From a virus (lineage: Duplodnaviria > Caudoviricetes), in the IMG/VR virus record IMGVR_UViG_3300033145_002422: DNA of 64,000 bases; one strand, written 5' to 3'. Shown one piece after another: positions 40,301 to 46,994 of the stretch. Position 1 is the first letter of the stretch. Each line of letters opens with the position of its first letter. The position numbers and the translations under genes are program-made. Below the pieces are notes generated by a model. That model did no database searches. It saw only the letters and a program-made list of their open reading frames with translations, and had not been told where the DNA came from.

Positions 40301-41681
40301 AAATGGCATTGACATGCTCACTCCATTTTTAAGACAGAATCCAGTAGAATTGTTTAATTGTTATATTGATAAAATGTGGATTCCAAATATAGAAAATTTA
40401 AGTGGAGATTCTTCAATAACTTCTTCAAGAGTAGAGGTCATTATCGATGATTTGTATGATGAATTTGCAGTTGGATGTTCTCCATTGTATGATGCTATAG
40501 GTGAATCAGCTAAGTTTTTATCAGGTACTGATTATGACCAAATTGATAAATCATTATATATTTTTACAGATTCTGAATCCAATTGTTCATTTATAACAAT
40601 AGATGATGCAGTATCATCTATTAAGTCTATTAATTTAAAAAAAATTCCAAGAGTTATTATTTCTAATATGGATGTTAACAATCCATATTTACAAGCATAT
40701 AATTTAAACGGTATTAATTCTACTGAATTAAATTATATTGCTGCGCAAACTGGTGGAAAAAGTTATTCATCAGTTTCTGAGTTAATAGAAAATGACATTG
40801 TAAAAATGTTAGTTGGTGTTTTAACTGGTTCTGTTGGTTATGGAAGGGCTATATATATAGTGGATTTAGGAGAAGAATATATAATAGATTCTTCTAGGGT
40901 TTTCTTCGACCTTCCTACTAATACAAATGGGTTTTGGTCAGTTTCTGGAAGTATCGATGGATATAATTATAATTCTGTGAGTGAAAAGTTTCAGGCAAAT
41001 TACGAGGCGGCATTTGATTCTTTATATGCTAGATATTTGAAATTTGATATGGAATTAATGAGTGGTTTAAGCGAATCTAATGAAATGGTGTATGAGGATA
41101 CTCCTGTAGCCAATGCTCCTGCTATATTAGAAATTGATATCACTAGAACAAAACCAAATATAGATTATATATATACAAAAAATCATCAATTGAGTATAGA
41201 GCCTAGACAATTTGTTGTAACTTTAGATGCGGATAATAAATGGACAGAAAATGTGAAAATTGATGTTGGTGTAACTACATCTGATTCATATCATTGGGAT
41301 GATTTTGACAACTCTTCTAAGATAGCCAGGGAAAATGGAGGAAAAATTATTGTTCCTTTGAGAAGAGAAAATATAGGTATTGACAGGGTTGAACCGTTAA
41401 TTAATGTAGATGGATTTATGTTTAAAGCAATCTATGGATCTTGGTCACAAGATTCGACAGTTAAAGTCTATGATGAAAACAATAATAAAGTAGGTTCTGA
41501 ACGATACGAGGCATATCCAAGATTAGGATATATTGTATTTTTAACAAAAAGAAATGAAAATTATTTAATAAAAATAACAAATCCGAATGTCGCTACTATA
41601 GGTTCAAGGATATTAAATGCTAGCGATAAAGCAATAAATATTTATGGCTTGGGCTATATATATTCTCAAACTGTTAAATAA
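34305..41681 (+). CDS. Giant virion protein: split vWA, FN3, LamG and Kelch domains
   Basis: IIIDKSGSM; WHFDEGEG...NEWNFVTCT...FFGQITEL (LamG); IYAIGG...YNPTTNSW...MPTAR (Kelch); SPLYDAI/IFTDSESN near the C-terminus. Confidence 0.8.
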   Translation: MWKINYFKKHSYLISSDSQLANEYTGGVVVPPGVQSSVEINNFSSSNSDLYNTSIINDDKGGHDISLSLSDKIVSIIIDKSGSMSWADIDNFRYELVRRFVHRVAATYPGDISFNLFKFCGKQVGMLFSASLDSNNLFDPTSGLQDCFNKDIFFDYANNLYGVRVVRNENGWPSSPIDGELVFDGNASSIIDSGLTADKIYYYTLFTFDENYNFSDGINIKAASRNKIIPKGIKTFSSSVLKGTGVVLDDFVDGSWHFDEGEGNVIYDFTSRGDFSFDEANAPIWLNKIDVPVGVSGLRMNGTERVTTGLTNSFVLNNKKTIMMWIYPFETGTSNRVLIARRNGLADLNYVLYINVNNGLSFSNNVLSTVSSNNNVINVNEWNFVTCTVNIITGDVNFYVNRTNVGTAVLPSLATNVDQLYLEVGYDSSGILEGFFGQITELSIHDTIRSQSYISSYSIPSIRSDDDNGDRLVVLKYSVPNNLVLLPDRISIVKKYNNAPYYEEDGDIFYDVPASVGNYYTTDQDNFVVGSTVNYRIFSYNSINNYSYIDDSENLNVLIDGMSEEARQHVEAISSSLPYPLNTSVQSGNAKNYVKWSMSSYDYRIKRTRIYVSNISYPIVSDNSFEDGISGSELIYDEDDVTVNGFVHRNLVNGNVYYYSIVSVDKYNRVSQVANAAGTPDANVSDIGIPLLDLPSANYEIIDNDSLKISWEYPQNYNVIKGYLDDDVVLFAKMIDQSGNTVEYNDIEVSADIHPEYELDENISEDIFIGETSFTPEDINSSYNFTIYEEDGLVKGFLNIKNPTSNNIVFKNIKKLIFTIYIKIAIPNKSSLKDSNGKYTAHFFEYTSKPVIVELVNPFYVEIKNRDHKKVEVKTNGVVTALNNGIVAQKYLYDGTYIRSSNQFVVRVKMSYREQILLGLNKVYVVAYNSNKDLKDFNSVPQKTTINNDIVLKNNGVYEVLKTTEEVLDDNGNSTDVFEEISYVDISISPPLFAQNIILYIKAENNGYCFVKNIFIVFDDILKIEINPKVPFANGLDTMEQTALVYLLDPDDPYNKSKRLYPPQTTVVKWEINKIVGEVDRALYYSGYNQPPLTNGVYTYLLSGISNQVYLGPISNAILYGFDSSGNVQYETHELKASVFYNNIQAVDTQTISILPLSMSGHTSVRSNFLMEFEDIKKIFWADGRNYARMTITHDPSTSSTKYSSCFRSCMTELDKTIYPLQNGQLVSIRASDQDTEIIYGDVREYVDPYTGEWLLDIKNAYLGNGHIYAPLSDDTITYIYFRINKLYDEQRSVGFEVSANNCSCLNGQEFIKYDSEITIYGEIVSLVDDDVVSMSGGGGINDGILPTIIIPREPLNVSVVGKKSNGVAVDSIVVDGKNENDIILDISLSNVPVPNDTKISVSIINYNEQYAIKTTASEYYTEISTDDDVNPNAIRSYATMVLEPLQPNTTVEGDIVLSVSYDRTGTITRNRTFCFSISYDSEDAQEFSGNQAPTIFSGDVERTPLAIIDWDDSVASMTYPRGHLCVEPVNDIIYAIGGVNASEITNVVESYNPTTNSWTEQHSMPTARMNSMSVVVGNDIYIIGGIVYDQLSNSMSISRKLEKYDTVGNLWEELENMPLITSGSESLTYGIAYGVAKYISGKIYVLSGIREISYDGLSSIYNNRILSYDVAADSWSYTDIVEDMEFYEYYRISPEAFIDGNEIIIFGGISQIDGIEMKRLTDSYSYDVSTSSMQECHGRFDNIPQLRYGSSISTIGVNHFVIGGSSNYTNNSRTVEKINDTLAIVNPIYAVTKLSNLGFGRNGSGTAIINIDGNEYLFVVGGIVSGKSPYFLRIKTESSPSTMILNGKQYVEAKITLEDDNGENPSGNIPILLNGYLQYSTALSSQQHMIDKNLLKYPVKFDNTTIQSADGSGIAILMPRSDDWMDKISETGIINGEDGTIRYKIAVQSTIDPKETYHGRTFINVYDGVLQNITLPTVCVSLHSNCVIDALNGVFSDENGIDMLTPFLRQNPVELFNCYIDKMWIPNIENLSGDSSITSSRVEVIIDDLYDEFAVGCSPLYDAIGESAKFLSGTDYDQIDKSLYIFTDSESNCSFITIDDAVSSIKSINLKKIPRVIISNMDVNNPYLQAYNLNGINSTELNYIAAQTGGKSYSSVSELIENDIVKMLVGVLTGSVGYGRAIYIVDLGEEYIIDSSRVFFDLPTNTNGFWSVSGSIDGYNYNSVSEKFQANYEAAFDSLYARYLKFDMELMSGLSESNEMVYEDTPVANAPAILEIDITRTKPNIDYIYTKNHQLSIEPRQFVVTLDADNKWTENVKIDVGVTTSDSYHWDDFDNSSKIARENGGKIIVPLRRENIGIDRVEPLINVDGFMFKAIYGSWSQDSTVKVYDENNNKVGSERYEAYPRLGYIVFLTKRNENYLIKITNPNVATIGSRILNASDKAINIYGLGYIYSQTVK

Positions 41682-41712
41682 AGTGCTGCAAAAAACCGAT
41701 ATAATATTCATT

Positions 41713-42501
41713 ATGGAGCCATACTACAAATTAAAAGTTATTAAAAAATCTTATAAAATAAGACCAGTAGATATTATCGTTTTATCTAATAACGGGTTAT
41801 CTACAACAAAGGAATTTTTGGATTTTCTTTATACGAATACAGATTCCGAAGATTTTAGACTTATTTTTATAGACAATGGTTCAATTGATGGTACTGTTGA
41901 TTTTTTGAAAACATTTTTTAAAGATTTAAAAGATGTCATTTTTATATCTTCAGAAACTAATTTAGGAGTTATAGATGGTAGAAATGTAGGATACTATTTT
42001 TCTACTTGTACTTCTAGAGAAAAATCAAAATATATAATTCATTTAGATAATGACCAATTTGTAGCAGATGGTTGGTTAGATCACCATTTAAGTGTTTTAA
42101 ATAGCGGTTATGATGTAGTAGGTGCTGAAGCTTGGAAAATGAATAAAATGTTTATTCCCACTGATAAAATTGAATCATTAAATAAAGATTTTAATTATGT
42201 TGGATGCGGAGGAATGCTTATAAAGAGAGAAGTTACTAAAAAAATAGGAATGTTTGATTGCGCTTTTAACCCTTCTTATTTTGAAGATCCAGATTTTTGT
42301 TTTAGAGCATTTGATGCTGGATTTAAAATTGGATGGAATTTAAAATCTAAAATAGTTCATATGCCTCATAGAACACTTGGTAATTTAAGTCAAGAAGAAA
42401 AAACAAAAAGGTTTACTAAGAGTTGGGATGCATTTAGAAAAAAATGGGGGACCAGACGATTGCCAGTTTTTAGACAAGAAGATTTAAAAGAGTTTCATTA
42501 A
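41713..42501 (+). CDS. Glycosyltransferase family 2
   Basis: IFIDNGSIDGT, HLDND, YFEDPDFCFR; ATG 41713 avoids overlap with the upstream gene (track start 41644). Confidence 0.85.
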   Translation: MEPYYKLKVIKKSYKIRPVDIIVLSNNGLSTTKEFLDFLYTNTDSEDFRLIFIDNGSIDGTVDFLKTFFKDLKDVIFISSETNLGVIDGRNVGYYFSTCTSREKSKYIIHLDNDQFVADGWLDHHLSVLNSGYDVVGAEAWKMNKMFIPTDKIESLNKDFNYVGCGGMLIKREVTKKIGMFDCAFNPSYFEDPDFCFRAFDAGFKIGWNLKSKIVHMPHRTLGNLSQEEKTKRFTKSWDAFRKKWGTRRLPVFRQEDLKEFH

Positions 42502-42506
42502 ATAAA

Positions 42507-43640
42507 ATGAAAAAATTAGTTATAGGAGTCAATCATTCACATCCTGAATCTACAGGGGGTTCAGAGAGGGTTGTTCAGCAAATAGCTGAAGGGCTTTCTT
42601 CTTGTTTTGGATATGAATGTTTTATACTTTCTAATACAGCAAAGAATGAAAGAATTATAAATGGAGTAAAAATAATAAAATGTTCTATAGTTTTATCAGA
42701 TTTTTTAAATCAGTTAAATAGAATTGATCCAGATCATTTTTTTATTTATGGAGATTTGTTTTATCAATGGCCTTTGATTTTACAAAATGTAAAAAAAATG
42801 CCATTTAGTAAAAGTATAGCATTGGTTGGGATGAACGGTATGTTATCTAATAATTTTTTGTTTTCTCAATTTAAAAGAAATATAAATTATTTTTCTGTTA
42901 TTACTCATTCTGATAATTATCAGGATTTTATAGAATGTAGAAATAATTCTATTCCTGTTAATGTTGTACCGAATAGTATCAATTTGAAAGAATTTGATAT
43001 ACAAAATGATTTTAGAAAAAAATATAATGTGACTGAAAAAAATATTATACTCTGTGTCTCTAATTTTTTTCCAGGAAAAGGACAGGAGTTTTTAGTTCCT
43101 ATTTTTGAAAGATTGGAAAAGAAAAGAAAAGATTTTATTGTTGTTTTCGTAAGTTCTAATTGTTCATGGAATATTGTTGAAGCTAGAAGAAAGAGTATTA
43201 TGAGTAAAGTTAATTCTTCTAAATTTCGTTCTTTATTTCTTAATAATATTTCTAGAGAAGATGTTATATCTGCTTTTTTGTCTGCTGATGCATTTGTTTT
43301 TCCTTCTCAAAAGGAAGTCGCTCCTTTAGTTATTTTAGAATCTATGGCTTCGAGAACTCCATGGATTAGTATGCCAGTTGGAAATGTAAGGGAGTTAGAT
43401 GGAGGAATTATAATTGATTCAAATAAAAAAGAATTAGATGGTTCTCTACTTTATAGTAATGATATATATCAGTTATTTTGCGATGGTATTGATAAATTAT
43501 TATCTAATAGGAAGTTTAGAGAGTCTTTATCTTACGATGGTAGAAAACAAATAGAGGAAAAGTATGATTTTAGAGAAATTATTAAGGTATATAACAAAGT
43601 TTTTTCTGAAGCAATAGATCAATTTAATTTCTCTAGGTGA
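42507..43640 (+). CDS. Glycosyltransferase family 4
   Basis: GGSERVV, PGKGQE, ADAFVFPSQKEVAPLVILESM. Confidence 0.9.
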   Translation: MKKLVIGVNHSHPESTGGSERVVQQIAEGLSSCFGYECFILSNTAKNERIINGVKIIKCSIVLSDFLNQLNRIDPDHFFIYGDLFYQWPLILQNVKKMPFSKSIALVGMNGMLSNNFLFSQFKRNINYFSVITHSDNYQDFIECRNNSIPVNVVPNSINLKEFDIQNDFRKKYNVTEKNIILCVSNFFPGKGQEFLVPIFERLEKKRKDFIVVFVSSNCSWNIVEARRKSIMSKVNSSKFRSLFLNNISREDVISAFLSADAFVFPSQKEVAPLVILESMASRTPWISMPVGNVRELDGGIIIDSNKKELDGSLLYSNDIYQLFCDGIDKLLSNRKFRESLSYDGRKQIEEKYDFREIIKVYNKVFSEAIDQFNFSR

Positions 43641-43690
43641 AATAAATAGTATGTATAATAAAAAAATATTTTACAGAAGGAGAATTTTTA

Positions 43691-44947
43691 ATGAGTAGAT
43701 CAAGTCCTAAAAAGAAAACAGGCGGAATTTCTAATACTGGTTTTATTAGAACTATAAAAGATAAGAATATTAAATGGGAAGAAGGAGAAGAAGCTTTTTT
43801 ATATGCTTGTAGGGAAGATGCTGTTCCGTACAGACTTATAGCAATGGAATTAGGAAGAAGTTCTAGGTCTTGTGAGGCAAAATATAATAATACTAATTGG
43901 AGAAAAACTAGATTTTTTGATTCTGTAAAAAATAAAATGAAAGAATCTATTAAGAGATCTTATAGAGAAAGAGTGGTAAGATTGCAGGAAAAAAAAGTTA
44001 CAGCGGAACATATAAAAGCAGATATTATAGCTGATAGAATAGAGCAATGCGTTAGTTCTCTTCCAACTGTCCAAAAACTAGTTTATAAGATATCTAATAG
44101 AAAAAAACAAATTCATTCCCCAGAAGATGTCGGTCTTATATTAAGTGATGCTCATATAGGACAAGCACATAGTTTGGAAGAAACTGGAGGTTTCGGAGAA
44201 TATAATATAAATGTTTTTAAAGATAGAGTAGAAAATTTAAAAGATGCAACTACTGAAATTGTAGAAAGACATTCACAGATTTATAATTTGCCTAATTTAC
44301 ATATATTTTGTTTGGGAGATATGGTTGCTGGTATGAATCAGGTAGGAAACTGGTCACCAACATATATAAATACACCCATTCTTGATCAAGTTTTAATAGG
44401 ATTTGAAGCTATAGCTGATATGATATATTATTGGCTTGGTCTTTTTGAACAAATTAATTTTTATGGTTTAGGTGGAAATCATGGGCGGGCGGCTAGTAAG
44501 GGAACTGAAAAAGAATATGTTAATTGGGATATAGTAATGTATAAATTTTTAGAAGCTAGGTTTAAGGATAACCCTAGGGTTAAGTTCACTGTTCCTTTGA
44601 CTTGGTGGATTATGACTGAAATAAGAAATCATAATTTTCTTCTTCTTCATGGGGATGATGTTAAAGGAGGGTCTTATCCAATATTGCAATTAACTAAATC
44701 CGAAGATAAGATGATGGGTCTTTTACGTAAAGTTCCTGATTATACTCTAGCTGCTCATTTTCATTCTGCGAGTGAATTTACTACTAATCATGGAAGGGTT
44801 ATAATTAATGGGTCTTTTATAGGATCTGATGTTTATTCTTTAAAAACTCTTCAAAAAGGTAGTAAGCCAGAACAAAAAATATTTGGGATACATGATAAGC
44901 AGGGAATAACATGGACTTATAATCTTAATCTTGGGGTAAAAAGATAA
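43691..44947 (+). CDS. Calcineurin-like metallophosphoesterase with N-terminal Myb/HTH-like domain
   Basis: SDAHIG, LGDMV, GNHGR, LLHGD, AHFH motifs; WEEGEEAFL...IAMELGRSSRSC. Confidence 0.85.
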   Translation: MSRSSPKKKTGGISNTGFIRTIKDKNIKWEEGEEAFLYACREDAVPYRLIAMELGRSSRSCEAKYNNTNWRKTRFFDSVKNKMKESIKRSYRERVVRLQEKKVTAEHIKADIIADRIEQCVSSLPTVQKLVYKISNRKKQIHSPEDVGLILSDAHIGQAHSLEETGGFGEYNINVFKDRVENLKDATTEIVERHSQIYNLPNLHIFCLGDMVAGMNQVGNWSPTYINTPILDQVLIGFEAIADMIYYWLGLFEQINFYGLGGNHGRAASKGTEKEYVNWDIVMYKFLEARFKDNPRVKFTVPLTWWIMTEIRNHNFLLLHGDDVKGGSYPILQLTKSEDKMMGLLRKVPDYTLAAHFHSASEFTTNHGRVIINGSFIGSDVYSLKTLQKGSKPEQKIFGIHDKQGITWTYNLNLGVKR

Positions 44948-45011
44948 TATTCAAGGATTTTAGTTTTAAAAAAAGTATTATTACATATACCTAATTTGGA
45001 GATTATACGAT

Positions 45012-45482
45012 ATGAAAAAGGTTCCAGAGTGGTTAGCAAGTTTGGCAAAAGATTATGAATGCCCAAAATGCAATTTACCTATAAATATTGATAGGATAAT
45101 AAGTTTGGGAGTGAAGGAAAGCCATAAATACAAAAAAAGAGAGGTAGTATTTTTTGAATATTTTTGTGATAATTGTCAAGATGCATGTATTTTTGAGTTA
45201 GATTTTACTGATTCTGAAGATTTTATACCAAAAATGGTTGATTCTTTATTTGAGAAGCAGGACGATGAACAAATTGATGAACAAATTGATGAAATGGTAG
45301 ATGAATATTATGGTAGAAATAAGGAAAAAATGAAAGAAAAAAGAAGTGGAATAACAGATATAGAGATTAAAAATATGAAAAAGTTTTTATCTAATTGTAA
45401 AAATTGGGAAGCTTTTCTTAAAGAAATAGGATTAACTACAGAACAGATAGAAAAATATTCTGTCGTAGATAAAAAAGAATAA
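45012..45482 (+). CDS. Zn-binding hypothetical protein
   Basis: CPKC...CDNC; GGAG RBS. Confidence 0.7.
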   Translation: MKKVPEWLASLAKDYECPKCNLPINIDRIISLGVKESHKYKKREVVFFEYFCDNCQDACIFELDFTDSEDFIPKMVDSLFEKQDDEQIDEQIDEMVDEYYGRNKEKMKEKRSGITDIEIKNMKKFLSNCKNWEAFLKEIGLTTEQIEKYSVVDKKE

Positions 45483-45483
45483 A

Positions 45484-46563
45484 ATGTATAAAATAAGTGA
45501 TTTTATTATTCCATTAAGGGTTCTTGAATCTGCTTGTAAATATAAATGCATGCCATTTATAGATTTACAAGTAGAGTTTGACGATAGGGAATCTCCATGT
45601 TTTGAGGATGGCAGGATATATGTTGGAAAAACTATATCTGCTCCACATACGATGTATAATATAGTTTATATATATTTTGATAGTTTTGAAAAGATAAATG
45701 GAATATCTCTATTTCAGAATGATGCTCAAAAATCAGATGTTTTATTGCTTTTAGCTAATTTTTTAAGAAATTTTTCCTATTCTTCTTATTCTTTTGCTAA
45801 ATCTAAGACAGATTCTCCAGTAGTCAACTATTTATATAGATGGCCTATTCCTTGGCTTATAATGAAGGATTTAATTTGTCCAGTATTTCAGGTTCCTATA
45901 AAAAATTGTAAAATTATATCTTCTTGTTCTCCATTTATAGATATTTCTGTTTTTGTTGACGATTTTTATATGAAACAAAATAATATTGTTAATGGAAATG
46001 CTCCATTTATTTTTGCAAATTCAGATATAGAATATTCTCCTTGTATGAATGCAGGAATACTTATATCCGCTATAAAAGCACATGGGTTAGAGCCTATTGA
46101 AACGATATCAAATATATATAGTTCATCTTTAAGAGATCAACTGCTAGGATTCTCTGAATTATCTTTTTCTGGTGGAAAGAAATCTAAGGATTTTATTTCT
46201 TTGTTACTTACTATGGCTGGTGTAGAAAATAAAAGTAAAGAAATGATGTCTAATTCTAAAAAAGTGGCAGAAGTTTTTGATATAATTAAGGAATCTCAGT
46301 CATTCGATCAGGTTTATGGAAATTGGTGGTATTTAGGTCTTATTGAAAAAATGTTAGAACCAGTTCGCGGTGCTGATTGGTCAACACACCAGAGATTACA
46401 ACCATTTTTAGATGAATTATGGAATAAGATAGAGGTAGAGAGAAAGAAGAGAGGGCGTGAAGGTTTGACTTATGAATCTTTATTAAGAATAAAAGATGGA
46501 GAAAATGATCCTAGTAAAACAGTTGTGTTTGAGAAAATGCTTGCTTCTGATAGAGTATGGTAG
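45484..46563 (+). CDS. Hypothetical protein
   Basis: 359-aa ORF, tight gene packing. Confidence 0.75.
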   Translation: MYKISDFIIPLRVLESACKYKCMPFIDLQVEFDDRESPCFEDGRIYVGKTISAPHTMYNIVYIYFDSFEKINGISLFQNDAQKSDVLLLLANFLRNFSYSSYSFAKSKTDSPVVNYLYRWPIPWLIMKDLICPVFQVPIKNCKIISSCSPFIDISVFVDDFYMKQNNIVNGNAPFIFANSDIEYSPCMNAGILISAIKAHGLEPIETISNIYSSSLRDQLLGFSELSFSGGKKSKDFISLLLTMAGVENKSKEMMSNSKKVAEVFDIIKESQSFDQVYGNWWYLGLIEKMLEPVRGADWSTHQRLQPFLDELWNKIEVERKKRGREGLTYESLLRIKDGENDPSKTVVFEKMLASDRVW

Positions 46564-46573
46564 TTGAGAAATA

Positions 46574-46756
46574 ATGGAGGATATTATGGATAATAAAGAG
46601 ATCTCAAAAGAAGTTAAAGGTATTATGGTGAAAATGCAGGGAGCGATGAATTTGTTAAAAGATGGTAAACAGATTTTGGTTAATAATAAGCTTCTTGGTA
46701 TACAACAAAAATTAAATATTTTATTGTTAAATTTAAATAAAGAATCTGATAAATGA
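46574..46756 (+). CDS. Hypothetical protein
   Basis: Short helical ORF; GGAGG suggests the true start may be the second Met. Confidence 0.6.
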   Translation: MEDIMDNKEISKEVKGIMVKMQGAMNLLKDGKQILVNNKLLGIQQKLNILLLNLNKESDK

Positions 46757-46992
46757 AAATAATACTTACTTCTTCGTTATTAAATAAAAAATCATATGGT
46801 CCATCAGTGGATGACCAACCTAATCTTGTAAATAGAGATACAAAGCAAGAAGGGGATGTTCTTTTTTTAAAAGATCCATGTCCAGAATCAGAAAAAGAAG
46901 TTAAAAAAAGATGGTTTAAAAAACGCAAATCAGTTAAAGATGATTCAGTTAAAGATGATATAGTAGAAGAAATGCCAAAGGAAAGTTTATAA
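46753..46992 (+). CDS. Hypothetical protein
   Basis: ATGA overlap with the previous gene. Confidence 0.6.
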   Translation: MKIILTSSLLNKKSYGPSVDDQPNLVNRDTKQEGDVLFLKDPCPESEKEVKKRWFKKRKSVKDDSVKDDIVEEMPKESL

Positions 46993-46994
46993 TA

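Noticed and set aside
14427-41681. Diversity-generating retroelement targeting tail fibres
   Set aside because: No reverse transcriptase and no adenine-variant template/variable repeat pair noticed in the window
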